DNA from: a virus | Taxonomy: Duplodnaviria > Caudoviricetes | Length of the DNA: 46,873 nt | Reading direction: 5' to 3' (one strand) | Virus record (IMG/VR): IMGVR_UViG_3300031949_000067 | Span: 1 to 46,873 of that record | Shown: in pieces, positions 35,148-45,718 of the stretch | Position numbering within the stretch: position 1 is the stretch's first letter | Layout of the letters: every line of letters begins with the position of its first letter | Program-made: the position numbers and the translations under genes | The notes under the pieces: model-generated | Told to the model about the DNA's origin: nothing | The model's database searches: none | What the model saw: the letters and a program-made list of their open reading frames with translations, nothing else

Positions 35148-36319
35148 TGGCAACCGCGACAAACTCAACCGAAGGCATCCTCGGGCTTGAAAGCCAAACG
35201 CTCGCGGACGAGGTGGGCAACTCCGTCGGCACGGTCGCGCTGGACAACGCCCTCGACGGGGCGGGGACCAAGTCGGCCAAAGTGTCATGCACCTCAAGTC
35301 TCAATAGTTACTTCATTGTCTTAGGGTTTGGGATTAACGGCGATAAAGTTCCGATCCTCGTTACCTCTACCGGGTTCGGCATGTCCTTCGCCTTCCACAT
35401 GACTAACCTGCCATCTACAGGCGTCCGTGAAATTATGCGCTTGGAACATGCGGGGGTGTGGACCGGAGGGCTGGGAATCGACTTTAACGGCGCTCTTAGG
35501 TTTATATATCCAGGAGAATACGGCATTGCCGCCGTCAGTCCGTTGTCCGCGAACACGGTGTATCGCATTCGATTCTGGATGCCGTTCGGGACGAACGTCG
35601 ATATGACCGTGTGGGTTGACGGAGTGGAATACACCGAAGCGACGGCCAATGACCCAACCGGAGTATCCTCGTGTTATCTCGGAAGAACTCAGCCGGCAAC
35701 TCCAACTGACACTACGTCATTTGACATGACCTACGATTCAATTTGTTGGTCCCAGGGTTCTACCGCCCCGCCGGATTGCGACGTGACTATGCTCATGCCT
35801 TCGGGGGTGGGCAATTACACGGCCTGGTCGAACGACTACCAGAACATCGACGAACGCCCGCACGACGGGGAGACTACATTCGTCGGGGCGAGTTTCGTCA
35901 ATCAGGTGGAAACCTCGGCCCTGCCCGACGATGACGCGGGCATTCAACAGAATATCTGGGCTGTTGCCACGTGGAACATGCACGCCCGTTTGATCGGCTT
36001 CAATCCTAAGATCGCCACTAGGCTGAGAAGCGGTAGCACAGACAATGATACGGGGGGCGTTGTTTCGACGGCGGTCTACTATCCGAACGGCAAAGTGTAT
36101 TTTGTGGACCCGGCGGACGCGGCGGCCTGGACGGCGGCAAAGATCAATGCCTGCGAGGTGGGAAGTGTAGCGACTTACCTATTCAATCTTGGAACAGATT
36201 ATCTGCATTGCACGCAGGTGGGTCTGAACGTGGCGAGTTACGGCGGGTTCCCCAGCGCGGGTAAGATCGTGACCACCGGCGGGGTGGTCGCAAAGTCGAA
36301 GGTGGTCTTGACGGGGTGA
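35147..36319 (+). CDS. Virion protein, possible lectin/LamG-like receptor-binding domain
   Basis: Beta-rich; LSANTVYRI..MTVWVDG pattern; TAATG-coupled to the fibre gene. Confidence 0.5.
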   Translation: MATATNSTEGILGLESQTLADEVGNSVGTVALDNALDGAGTKSAKVSCTSSLNSYFIVLGFGINGDKVPILVTSTGFGMSFAFHMTNLPSTGVREIMRLEHAGVWTGGLGIDFNGALRFIYPGEYGIAAVSPLSANTVYRIRFWMPFGTNVDMTVWVDGVEYTEATANDPTGVSSCYLGRTQPATPTDTTSFDMTYDSICWSQGSTAPPDCDVTMLMPSGVGNYTAWSNDYQNIDERPHDGETTFVGASFVNQVETSALPDDDAGIQQNIWAVATWNMHARLIGFNPKIATRLRSGSTDNDTGGVVSTAVYYPNGKVYFVDPADAAAWTAAKINACEVGSVATYLFNLGTDYLHCTQVGLNVASYGGFPSAGKIVTTGGVVAKSKVVLTG

Positions 36320-36323
36320 TAAC

Positions 36324-36665
36324 ATGGCGGGCGTAGCGAATTGGGTATGGGCGGCGAGCGAGCTGATTGAGGCAGAGATGACGGCCCAGATGCGCATGAC
36401 GGGCGGCAATCCAGTCGATGCCGTGGTGCGGGCCAACGTCATCGCCATAGGGCGATCATGGAAAGATCGGCGCGAAGTGCGCTGGGGACGTGTCGAGGGC
36501 GACGGTATCGGTGTGGACTGGCGCGACCTTCAGTCCCTTCGCGTTTTACGGGGCGTGCTCGCCGGGAACTACGGCGCGGCACGCACGGAGGCGTGGACGG
36601 CAGTAGTGAATCGGTGCATGGACGCCGCCGAGGCGATCGTGGCCGAACTGCCGTGGGAAGCGTAA
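36324..36665 (+). CDS. Hypothetical protein
   Basis: ORF in operon orientation with a GGGGTG RBS-like motif. Confidence 0.55.
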   Translation: MAGVANWVWAASELIEAEMTAQMRMTGGNPVDAVVRANVIAIGRSWKDRREVRWGRVEGDGIGVDWRDLQSLRVLRGVLAGNYGAARTEAWTAVVNRCMDAAEAIVAELPWEA

Positions 36666-36757
36666 TGATGGACGCCGTGGACGGCGTTTTTGCAGATATC
36701 AAGGCGGAGCGATAGAATCCGCCGGTTGGACGAACAAACTTGTAAGGAGATGAAGAA

Positions 36758-37195
36758 ATGACGATTTCGACTGGAAGTCTGGGACGAGAACGGGACGAAC
36801 GGATACTCACGTTCCTTGGTGCGGCACAGGTAATGACCACGGGAACAACGGTGGTTTTCCCATTTTTCGCCGACCTTGCGGATTGGATTCTGCTGGCGGC
36901 GGGGTGGATCGTCGGGGTCGCCGGAACCGGGGCGGCATCCGCAGTCAGCAATGACATCGGAATCATATCGACGTTCACTTCTGGGGCGCCGACGGGGACG
37001 GCCGATACCGATTACTTTGTGGAGACGTGTGCTTTACCGGCTGGGGCCAGCCTGACGGTCGGGCAGAACGTTCCTGGTGTTTTGGCCAAGACGATCATTC
37101 CGCAGGGAGCCGTTTTGACCTCGACGACGACAACCTTAGCGAACGGCCCCACGGTGTACCCGTACATCACGGTTTGCGTCCCGAACCAGAAGTAG
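36758..37195 (+). CDS. Small virion/decoration-like protein
   Basis: AAGGAG RBS; Thr/Gly-rich. Confidence 0.6.
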   Translation: MTISTGSLGRERDERILTFLGAAQVMTTGTTVVFPFFADLADWILLAAGWIVGVAGTGAASAVSNDIGIISTFTSGAPTGTADTDYFVETCALPAGASLTVGQNVPGVLAKTIIPQGAVLTSTTTTLANGPTVYPYITVCVPNQK

Positions 37196-37205
37196 GAGGT
37201 GTCCG

Positions 37206-37670
37206 ATGGCCAAGGGATACTCTTGGTGGGGCAACGCGGTCACGGTCATCAACAAGGCCGGACTCACCAACGACGCGGGGACGTTCCCGACCGGCAACGG
37301 ATGGGGCGAACTCGTCATGCTCGCCCACGGGTTCACGGAGGTGCTGTTCGAGTTCGTGGTGACGTGCAGCGGCACGACCAACGCCCTCGACATCAATCTG
37401 TACCCGTCGCTCGCCAATGGGGCCGGCGCGCTGCTTCCTGACGCCGTTCTGGAAATCAACAATCTGGCGGCGGGCAAGCACACGAATCAGTACGCGGCGG
37501 TCGCAAGTGCCAAGCGCTACTTCTGGTTCGTGGATCAGCTTTTCGCCCCGTACTTCTACATGAAGGCCCTCAGTGCCGGGGCGACGGACACGTGGACCGT
37601 GGTGTGCACCGCCTATCGGATACGTGAATCGGAGAATCCAAGCGTCAAGGCGCCCGCACTGGTGAATTAG
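37206..37670 (+). CDS. Small virion-like beta protein
   Basis: AGGAGG RBS; jelly-roll-like composition. Confidence 0.6.
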   Translation: MAKGYSWWGNAVTVINKAGLTNDAGTFPTGNGWGELVMLAHGFTEVLFEFVVTCSGTTNALDINLYPSLANGAGALLPDAVLEINNLAAGKHTNQYAAVASAKRYFWFVDQLFAPYFYMKALSAGATDTWTVVCTAYRIRESENPSVKAPALVN

Positions 37671-37681
37671 GAGTCGGTTCG

Positions 37682-39190
37682 ATGCCGGGACTACTGAATC
37701 GTCCGGGACTCGTGCCGCCGAAGCTGTACGTTCCGCCGGTCAACCCGGAGACGTACAACAAGCCGATCGGCACGGTTCCGCGTCCGCCGCTGACTGGGCC
37801 GAAACCGACCGGTCCGGGCTATACCGCAGGGCAGGCCGGGACCTTCGGGACCACCACAACTCCGATCCCGTTTCCACCGGCGCCTGCGCCGGCCAGGTTC
37901 GCGCCGGAGAAGGTACAACGACCTGGTGCGACGACGACACCGCGCCCAACGACGGGGGTCGGCGCGCAGGCCCAGCCGGATTTCTCGTTCGAGCTTCCCG
38001 CCGGTTACGACTGGGCATCATTGCTCGGCAACTTGGGAGGCGGAACCATTCAGGGGAACCTTCTGACGTTCCCTGCCTCCGGCGCACCGATTTCCCGCAC
38101 GGCAAACGCGATGATCGCGGCCCTACAAACCGGCATTCAAAACACACCGGAATTTGAAGACCTGATGCGCGCCGGGGGCATGTTGCCCGAACAGAGGGCA
38201 GATCGGCTGATCGACCTCATCAACGCGGGCCAACGCCGAACAGAGTTTATCGCCGCCGATCCGTCTCAGGCCGGCGTGTATGGCCAAATGCCCCTAGACC
38301 TGTTCTCGCCGGGCGGGATTTTCGGCGGGGAACCGACGGACCTTCAGCGCGACTTATTCAATCAGTACGGCGCCGAGTTGGGCTACCTGAATGGCACAGA
38401 ATGGGGACAGCTTCAGGCGTTCTACGAGCAGACCCAAGTGCCGGAAGGCGCCGAACCGGGCACGGATCCGCTGATCGACCCGGTGAGTTTTACTGGGATG
38501 GTGGGCGAGCTCGTGCAGAATGCCCGCTTCCGAAATGAACAGCAAGCGGGCCTTGCGGCGGGCGAACAAACGCTCCGCGGAAGCAGGGCGGCGATTCCTG
38601 TGCCGCAGCCGTCGACCGAGTTGATCGCCCGGCTCGAAGAGCAGATGCAGGGACTTTTCATCGACGACACGGACCTGCAAAACATGATCGAGGAGTCCGA
38701 CCGTCTGATCCGGCGCACGTTCGGCGAGGAGCGCTTGCGGGAAGTGGCCGCCCTGTCCGGCACGGGATTTTCGTCGAGCGATTTCTCCCAGCAACTCGCC
38801 GAGCAGCGGCGGGCCCGATCGTTGGAGGCGTCGCTGGGGGCGCGCACGGAGCTTCGCGGTCTGCAAATCTCACAGAACCGGGAGACCTCGTTGCGGTTCA
38901 ACTCGCTGCTGGCGCAAATCGGGAACGCGGATCAGGCGGCGGCGTTGACCTACGCGGGCATGGTGAATGACTTGGATAAGGCGATCGCCAACATCCAGAT
39001 GGGCAATGCGTTCGTGCCCCAGGGGTTCGGCGACATGCTGGCCTACGTGCAGTCATTGAAGTCGGACCTCGAAACGTCGGAGTTTTGGCAATCGGCCCTG
39101 AACCCCGACCTGAACGATTGGATTCAGGACATCATCAGCGGCATCGTCACGGCTGGTACTCAGATTGTAGCCGGGCAAGCTTTGGGTTAG
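37682..39190 (+). CDS. Putative internal virion / DNA ejection protein (502 aa)
   Basis: Pro-rich N-terminus, Gln/Ala-rich helices, LSGTGFSSS motif; position. Confidence 0.55.
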   Translation: MPGLLNRPGLVPPKLYVPPVNPETYNKPIGTVPRPPLTGPKPTGPGYTAGQAGTFGTTTTPIPFPPAPAPARFAPEKVQRPGATTTPRPTTGVGAQAQPDFSFELPAGYDWASLLGNLGGGTIQGNLLTFPASGAPISRTANAMIAALQTGIQNTPEFEDLMRAGGMLPEQRADRLIDLINAGQRRTEFIAADPSQAGVYGQMPLDLFSPGGIFGGEPTDLQRDLFNQYGAELGYLNGTEWGQLQAFYEQTQVPEGAEPGTDPLIDPVSFTGMVGELVQNARFRNEQQAGLAAGEQTLRGSRAAIPVPQPSTELIARLEEQMQGLFIDDTDLQNMIEESDRLIRRTFGEERLREVAALSGTGFSSSDFSQQLAEQRRARSLEASLGARTELRGLQISQNRETSLRFNSLLAQIGNADQAAALTYAGMVNDLDKAIANIQMGNAFVPQGFGDMLAYVQSLKSDLETSEFWQSALNPDLNDWIQDIISGIVTAGTQIVAGQALG

Positions 39191-39197
39191 GTGCAAC

Positions 39198-39935
39198 ATG
39201 GCCAACGGATTCGCGAATGCCGCACAGATCATCGAAGCCCGATCGTCACAGCGCCGCGGGATAGCGGCCCAGATCATCGGCGGCCGACGCGACGCGATCG
39301 ACCTGGCGATCATGCGGGCGTGGGAACGAGAGAAGCAAAAAGAGGCCGAATCGTCGGCGCGGACCAAGCGGCAACAGCAAAACACGTGGATAGCCGGTGC
39401 GGCCGCTGGCGGAGCGTTACTCGGTGGATTCGCACTGCCCGCACTGGCTCCGGCAGCGGCTGGTGGTGCAATCGCCGCCGGTGGGGCAACTGCGCTCGGT
39501 AGCTTCGGTACGGCTGTCGGAACGGCAGCCCCGGCGTTCAGTTTGGGAGGCGCCGCTCTCGGCGCCGGGTTAGGTTCCACCGTCGGCGGCGCGGTCGGAA
39601 GCGCCGTCACCGGAGAACCCGGCCCGAATCTCGCCACCGCGATCCCGCAGACGATCAGCGCGTTTCAGGACATCCAACAACAGCCGCTCCGCGACCGACT
39701 CCTGACGGCCCAGGCCGCCGGCGTCGAGCAACAGACGGCCCAGGGGGTACTCGCGGCGCCCGGCATAAACCGACTGCATGAGGCTCAAGCGGCGAACCAA
39801 GAACTTGAGAATCAGGGGTACATTAAGGCTCGCGATTTCAATCCCCAGGTTTGGAGCACCGAAGACACACAGGGGCGTCCGATGACCCCAATCGCAGCCA
39901 GCTTGGAGTCGGCACGCAATCCGGGACGGGAGTAG
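39198..39935 (+). CDS. Putative ejection (pilot) protein with a Gly/Ala hydrophobic segment
   Basis: Long Gly-zipper-like stretch (GAAAGGALLGG ... GAALGAGLGSTVGGAVG). Confidence 0.6.
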   Translation: MANGFANAAQIIEARSSQRRGIAAQIIGGRRDAIDLAIMRAWEREKQKEAESSARTKRQQQNTWIAGAAAGGALLGGFALPALAPAAAGGAIAAGGATALGSFGTAVGTAAPAFSLGGAALGAGLGSTVGGAVGSAVTGEPGPNLATAIPQTISAFQDIQQQPLRDRLLTAQAAGVEQQTAQGVLAAPGINRLHEAQAANQELENQGYIKARDFNPQVWSTEDTQGRPMTPIAASLESARNPGRE

Positions 39936-39940
39936 AGACC

Positions 39941-40822
39941 ATGAGCGACGCGCCCGAAACAGTCCTCGACGAAATGCCCGCGGAAGACATGAGGCCGTCA
40001 GAGGAAGAAGAATGGTCTATGTCTGCCGAAGAGGCGGTGAAGATTCTCGAAGAGCGCCCGCTAAGCGGAACAGAATGGCTCCAGTCCGTTGGTGTTGGAC
40101 CGGACACCATCATTCACGAGCCCACAATGAGGCAACGCTATATCCAGTACGTGGCCCCGTTCGTTCACGCCCAGCAGCGGGCGAAGCTCAGTGTAGCTGT
40201 CGATCGGATCAAGAAAGAGACGGGCGACTTGGCGGGCATGACCCCGGACGAGAAATGGGCGGCCAAGGTCTTCAAAAACGGCGGCGAAATTGCGGGGATG
40301 CTCCAGAAAGTAGGAGTTAATGGCGACCAAGAACTGATAGAAACACTACTGGCAGCGCAACGCCAGATGGTACCGGACTTCAAGTTGGCACTCATGGTTC
40401 GGAGCGGCAAGACTCTCAAGCAACTGGCGAAGGAGCGGGCAGGGCAGGCAGCACGAAACCGGGCAGGCACGTGGGAAGCCCTGCCGGGAGGGCAGAGAGC
40501 ATTCAGAAATCTTGGGACCGAACAAGTTATCGCCCATGACCCGATGACGAGTGGCTGGGATCAGGTTTCACCGGCACAAACAACCGGAGCCACGGGACAA
40601 CAACCTCAGCGACAACTTGCGTCGCCCGCTGCGACCAACTGGTTGGGACAACAACGACCACAAGCGGCGGCAGTGCCGCTTACCCAGCCGATGACCCCGC
40701 CGCCGACACAGCAGGCACAACCGGCCCAGGGTGGGGCCGATCAATACGTGAATCCACAGACGGGCGAGGTAATCGAGTTCAATCCGGCCACCGGCCAATG
40801 GGAACCCGTCAGACAGAACTAG
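39941..40822 (+). CDS. Putative ejection protein
   Basis: ATG at 39941; Gln/Pro-rich tail ending YVNPQTGEVIEFNPATGQWEPV. Confidence 0.55.
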   Translation: MSDAPETVLDEMPAEDMRPSEEEEWSMSAEEAVKILEERPLSGTEWLQSVGVGPDTIIHEPTMRQRYIQYVAPFVHAQQRAKLSVAVDRIKKETGDLAGMTPDEKWAAKVFKNGGEIAGMLQKVGVNGDQELIETLLAAQRQMVPDFKLALMVRSGKTLKQLAKERAGQAARNRAGTWEALPGGQRAFRNLGTEQVIAHDPMTSGWDQVSPAQTTGATGQQPQRQLASPAATNWLGQQRPQAAAVPLTQPMTPPPTQQAQPAQGGADQYVNPQTGEVIEFNPATGQWEPVRQN

Positions 40823-40840
40823 AGCGGGCGGAACAGAAAC

Positions 40841-43800
40841 ATGGCTATCGCGGAACCTATCATCCCGCCGCCCCCGCCGGGATTCGTTCCCCTACGTAAG
40901 AACCCATCCGGCAATCGACCGCCCCCGCCTCCGGGCTTTATCCCGATGGATAGTCGGCGATCCCCGCCGCCGGGGTTCGTTCCGGTAAACGGTTCACGGT
41001 CCACCCCGCGCACCTCGACGGCCGGGGAATTGCCGCCCGACGTCACGTTCGGCAACTGGCAGCCGTCGCCCGAACAGCAACGCCAGACCGCCACGGGCCA
41101 AGTCCTGCGCCCCGAATTCCAGGTCGATCCGAGCACGTTCACCGAGACCGGCCAGCAACTCGACGAGCAATTCCGCTTCGACCCGAAGACCGACAAGGAC
41201 ATCCGGGCCGCCTTGCAGTACATGATCGACCACGAGCCGGGCACGAAGTTCGAGAAGGCGGCGAACACGGTCATTCAATCGGCGGCTGACGGGCTGTTGG
41301 GCGTCACGGCCCGCCCGGTGGCGCGCTTGTTCAAGGCCGCGGCGCTTCAAAATCCAAAACTCTACGATTCGGAAATGATGCGCGACTGGATCAACCTACT
41401 CGCCGACGATTTGGATGTTGTAGAGCCGTCGGGACTTTCGGATGCACAACGTCGGGTACTCGGCGGGGTCCGCGGGGCGGCGAAGATCGGCGGCATGGCC
41501 GCCGGGCTGTTCGGTCCGCTGTCGATCTTATCGCCCCCCGCGCTTCTGGGCCGGGTCGGAGCTGCCGCCGGCGGGGCCGTCGCCGGGACCGCCGGGCGTT
41601 TCGTCGGGATGGGTGCCGGATTCACCGCGGGCGAAGCGGTCCCGGAAGCGTTGGCCGGCGGGAAACTCGGCCAGGCCGGGAAGGCCGGGAGTGCCGTCGG
41701 CGCCGCGGCGCGCTCCCCGGTGGACTTCGCGCTCGAGGTCGTCAAGGCACCGATCACCGTCGGCAAGCTCCTGACCCAATGGTCGGAACTTACCCCGGAC
41801 GAGATTCGCGAGAGCGTCGAATCGCTGGGCACTCCGGCACTCGCCGGGTTCGGGGCGTTCGTTTCGCGGTTCCGAGCTAAGCAATTCGGAAAATCGCTCG
41901 AAATCAAGCCCATCCCGCGTGAAGCCTACGCGAAGCTCTCGGCGGAAAAATACTACTGGCGGCTCATCAATGGCGGTCCGGCGGACGTGAACGCCCTGCG
42001 GACCTACCTGCGGGATGCCCCGCCGAAGCAGCAGGCCGCATTGCGGGACATGATTGCGACAGCGGCGATCGAGGGGAGCTCCGCCGTCCGGGACGCCATC
42101 ACCCGCGGACTGATCGGCGTTCGCGAGGGGCGGGTAATGATCGGGGAACCGCCGGCGAGGCCGGGAGCCGAAGTTCGTCAACCCGCTCGCGGCGTAAGGG
42201 TAAGTGTTGCCCCAGGAGCCGCAGAGCCGACCAAACCAACGGGCGTCGAGGGCCTACTTGGAGCGCTTGACCGTGCGATCAGCCCGAAGCGAATCGCTGA
42301 AGTCGAGGTACTCGCTCGCGATGCCAAGCTAACGCCAGAGGAGCGCTACGTCGTCGAGGGCGAGATTCGGACGGCGCGCGAAGCATTCGGGCTAGAACCG
42401 GAGGCTGCCAAGCCAGCACAGCCGCAAATGCTCGGCTTCCCGGAACCGTTGGGACCACCTACATCGGCCCGAACCCCGGAACAGGCCCCGGCCACTACGG
42501 CGAAACTTGCCCCGCGCGTCGAGAAGCTGATCCGCTATATGTCCAGCCTGCCAGCCAAGGATGTTTCACTTGGCGATCGTAAGTCGCTATTTGGGGCCGT
42601 CCGAGAAAACCCACAGGGAGCCGCCGAGCGCGCCGAGTTTTGGGCGGCGGATGAGTCGGCTACCCCGGCGGCGCGCAGAGGCGCGTTCCGTATAGCAAAG
42701 ATGATCCGCAAGGAGTTCGGCCTACCGGAAACGGTGGCCGCACCACCGGAGGCTGCATCCAAGAAACTCGCCCCGCCCCGCCAGAAGCCCGCTCCAATTG
42801 CGCCCGTGACCGCTGGCGAACGCGCCGGCGCGCCCAAGGCTTCCGAGACTACCAGAGTACCCGTGAGCCAGGTTGAGGCCCTGAGGGCACGTGCTGCTGC
42901 TGGGCAGACGGAATTAAAGCCACAAGCCACCAAGGAAGTTTCACGTGAAACGCCAGTGTCCGATAAAATGCTGGCGGAGTCGCCAGGATTCATCCCACCG
43001 GAGCCGTCTCCGGAGGCCCTTGGGTTCATGGCGGGGCCGCGGATTCGACCGCCAAAGCCAAAGGTCGGTGGCAAGCCGGTCGCGCCGCCGCGTGACGTTG
43101 GCGTAGCTCCGGGCCAGTCGGTTTGGAATGCGGCCAAGGACGTTGGCGGGCGGCTACTGGGCGGAATCAAGGAATCGCGGAAGCTGGGGGCGCGGATCGA
43201 ACGGGCCACGTCCAAGTTCCTCGGCCGCAAGGGAATCGGCGAACTCGACACTGCGACCATGATGCGGTGGTTCAAGAAACTCAAAGAGGGAACCGAATCC
43301 CCGCGAGAACTCTACAACATCCACCAGGCCGTCGTCGGACGATTCCCGATGGAGGAACTACCGCAGGGCGTGCGTTTGTGGGCCGAGCGCGCCCGCATCA
43401 TGATGGACGACGCCAGCCGGGTGTACGCCGCCGAACTTCGGTATGCTTTCGGGGCGGAATCCGAGGCCACCCAGGGCGTCGAACGCCGCATCGGGACCTA
43501 CCTACAAGAGGTGAAGGTCCCCGAACGGCCCCTCAAGCAACTTCAACGCTGGGCCACCAAGCAGATCAAGGCGGACCCGAAGCGTCTCAAGCTACGCCGC
43601 GGAACGGAAGGCGAACCCGGCGCGTGGCAGGTGCGGATCAAACGAACGCCGTATCGGTTCGACACCAAAGCCGAGGCGCGGGCGTTTATGAAGGAACTTA
43701 TCTACCAGAAAAAAGACACCCTCATCAAGAAGCAGGCCAAAGAGAAGGGCGTCACCCCTGACGACATCAAGAACGCCGCCCTCCGCTATCCGCCGCGACT

Positions 43801-45676
43801 CAAGAGGCCCTTGACCGAGGCCGAGCGAATCGAGCAGCGATTCTCCCGCGACCCGCGTTTCGTGCTGGGCAAGAGCTACCTGGACACGGTCCACAACGCC
43901 GCCGTCCTACGCATGGCCCGCGAACTAGGACGCACGTACATCCGCGAAATCCCCGCCGACGTGAAGGCCGGGGGAGAATCGGCCATTGCCGAGTGGGCAA
44001 AAACCAACGGCCTCGAGCGCATTACCGGCAGGCCCGATAAAATCGGCGTGCTCTCAGAAAAGTACGTTCCGAAGCGGCTGGCCCGTAACATCAACTCGAT
44101 GTACCTGCCCAAAACCGTCATTGGGGCCATCTGGCGGAACTACATCAGCGTGTGGAAGTTCTCCAAAGTCGTCGCCAACCCGGCCACGTGGATGACGAAC
44201 ATCTTGGGCAATGTCATGTTCGCACATTTCGCCGGCATATTACCACCCCCTTTTGCCCCCTGGAACTCGAAATACTACATCCGGGCGGCTCAGGATATTC
44301 TCAACAAGGGGCCCGCCTACCGAGCACTTCTGCGCCGTCACGAAATCGGCGGGGAGTTCTACGGCCAAGAGATCAAGGCCAACATCATCGACCCGGTGCT
44401 GCGCGGCGAGTCGTTCGACACGGTTCTATTCAAGCGTGTCGGCGGCGGGGCACGGGCGATGGGCCGATCCTACAATGCCATCGACCAGGTGTTCAAGGTG
44501 GCGGCCTACTTGAAGTACATCGACAAGGGCATGAAGCCGCTCAAGGCCCTCCGCGAAGTGGCTTTCTGGTTTCCGAACTACTCGAAGATCACGCGCTTCA
44601 CGAAGGCCGTCGGGCAGACCCCGCTTGGCGGGCCGTTCTTGGCGTTCACCGATCAGGCCATCCAGATTCAGATGCGGGCGATGACCCGACCCGGCAGCGC
44701 GGCGAAGCTGCTTGGCTGGTGGGCGTTGCCGGGCGTTTTGACCCAGTTCTCTCGGTGGGCGACCGGGATGGGCGACGACGAATACGAGATGGCGAACCGG
44801 AAACGGGGCTACTTCGAGCCGCTGTTGCCGTGGCGAGACGCCGACGGGTCGTTGCCGACGTTGGGACTCGGCTACATCATCCCGCTTGGGAGCGAGGCGT
44901 CGCGAATCGGAGAATTGCTCGCAGGCGAGCACGGCGGCGGCATCAATCTGCCGTTCGCGCTAGCGAACCCCGTGGCCGGCGACATTTTGGAGGTCTTCTT
45001 CAACAAGGACTTGTTCACTGGGAAACCGCTTTCCAAGCCCACCGACAGTCTCGGAACCCGCGTCAAGAACGGTGTCTTCCATATTCTCAGGGGCGCGGCC
45101 CCGCTGCCCAACATCCTCATGGGCGGTCAGGAGCGGATTCGCCGAGCGTTCGGACCGGAGCCGAAGGAGTCCGTCGTCCGGGCCATCGGCGGCGCGCTGT
45201 TCGGAATCAACGTCCGCAAGCCCTACGTCGGATCCCGCGAGGCGTACGACTCGCTGGTCAAGCTCGCCGAGCAGAACCCGGAAGTCGCGAAAGTCATGCA
45301 GCAGATCGTCGGCGGGAATATTGGCGACATCCCGTACGGTCGGCTCATGCGTAACCTCGATGCGTTCGACCGATTCCAGGAGTTGCTGCAAGTCTACAAC
45401 GAGGCGTGGCGGCAGGCCCACGACCCGCGAATTACGCCGCGATCGGTGTTGGAATCCGCGGTTCGCCGGGTTAAGGCCCCACGGGCGCCGTTCGTCGATG
45501 CGTTCTGGGATGCCGTCGACGCGGGCAATGAGTCCGCCATGCAAAAGAACGCCGACGAATTGCGTAGCGCTGGTTATCGGACTTCAGACCTCATCCGGTC
45601 GGCACAAAACCGCGGTCATCAGCGAGACATCCCGCGACTGCGGAAATTTTTCGACAAGCCGCAAAATAAACCATAG
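40841..45676 (+). CDS. Large (1611 aa) internal virion / ejection protein
   Basis: PPPPGF(V/I)P x3 N-terminus, Gly/Ala-rich segment, helical C-half with NPATWMTNILGN, FPNY, PFLAF, NKDLFTGKP motifs of large podovirus ejectosome-like proteins. Confidence 0.7.
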   Translation: MAIAEPIIPPPPPGFVPLRKNPSGNRPPPPPGFIPMDSRRSPPPGFVPVNGSRSTPRTSTAGELPPDVTFGNWQPSPEQQRQTATGQVLRPEFQVDPSTFTETGQQLDEQFRFDPKTDKDIRAALQYMIDHEPGTKFEKAANTVIQSAADGLLGVTARPVARLFKAAALQNPKLYDSEMMRDWINLLADDLDVVEPSGLSDAQRRVLGGVRGAAKIGGMAAGLFGPLSILSPPALLGRVGAAAGGAVAGTAGRFVGMGAGFTAGEAVPEALAGGKLGQAGKAGSAVGAAARSPVDFALEVVKAPITVGKLLTQWSELTPDEIRESVESLGTPALAGFGAFVSRFRAKQFGKSLEIKPIPREAYAKLSAEKYYWRLINGGPADVNALRTYLRDAPPKQQAALRDMIATAAIEGSSAVRDAITRGLIGVREGRVMIGEPPARPGAEVRQPARGVRVSVAPGAAEPTKPTGVEGLLGALDRAISPKRIAEVEVLARDAKLTPEERYVVEGEIRTAREAFGLEPEAAKPAQPQMLGFPEPLGPPTSARTPEQAPATTAKLAPRVEKLIRYMSSLPAKDVSLGDRKSLFGAVRENPQGAAERAEFWAADESATPAARRGAFRIAKMIRKEFGLPETVAAPPEAASKKLAPPRQKPAPIAPVTAGERAGAPKASETTRVPVSQVEALRARAAAGQTELKPQATKEVSRETPVSDKMLAESPGFIPPEPSPEALGFMAGPRIRPPKPKVGGKPVAPPRDVGVAPGQSVWNAAKDVGGRLLGGIKESRKLGARIERATSKFLGRKGIGELDTATMMRWFKKLKEGTESPRELYNIHQAVVGRFPMEELPQGVRLWAERARIMMDDASRVYAAELRYAFGAESEATQGVERRIGTYLQEVKVPERPLKQLQRWATKQIKADPKRLKLRRGTEGEPGAWQVRIKRTPYRFDTKAEARAFMKELIYQKKDTLIKKQAKEKGVTPDDIKNAALRYPPRLKRPLTEAERIEQRFSRDPRFVLGKSYLDTVHNAAVLRMARELGRTYIREIPADVKAGGESAIAEWAKTNGLERITGRPDKIGVLSEKYVPKRLARNINSMYLPKTVIGAIWRNYISVWKFSKVVANPATWMTNILGNVMFAHFAGILPPPFAPWNSKYYIRAAQDILNKGPAYRALLRRHEIGGEFYGQEIKANIIDPVLRGESFDTVLFKRVGGGARAMGRSYNAIDQVFKVAAYLKYIDKGMKPLKALREVAFWFPNYSKITRFTKAVGQTPLGGPFLAFTDQAIQIQMRAMTRPGSAAKLLGWWALPGVLTQFSRWATGMGDDEYEMANRKRGYFEPLLPWRDADGSLPTLGLGYIIPLGSEASRIGELLAGEHGGGINLPFALANPVAGDILEVFFNKDLFTGKPLSKPTDSLGTRVKNGVFHILRGAAPLPNILMGGQERIRRAFGPEPKESVVRAIGGALFGINVRKPYVGSREAYDSLVKLAEQNPEVAKVMQQIVGGNIGDIPYGRLMRNLDAFDRFQELLQVYNEAWRQAHDPRITPRSVLESAVRRVKAPRAPFVDAFWDAVDAGNESAMQKNADELRSAGYRTSDLIRSAQNRGHQRDIPRLRKFFDKPQNKP

Positions 45677-45684
45677 GATTTCCC

Positions 45685-45712
45685 TTGCATTTCATTTCCC
45701 GTGGTGTATAGT
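45685..45712 (+). promoter_or_regulatory. Sigma70-type promoter for the early rightward block
   Basis: TTGCAT-16 nt-TATAGT in an AT-rich gap. Confidence 0.55.
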
Positions 45713-45718
45713 GCTTGT

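Noticed and set aside
33960-36319. Diversity-generating retroelement or invertible tail-fibre cassette
   Set aside because: No reverse transcriptase, invertase or template/variable repeat pair seen; the fibre duplication is an ordinary internal protein repeat.
44152-45354. Long alternative-frame and antisense ORFs (e.g. 44152..45354, 1183..2163, 3382..4305, 29811..30722)
   Set aside because: They overlap well-supported genes and have the Arg/Pro/Gly-rich composition expected of shadow frames in GC-rich DNA.
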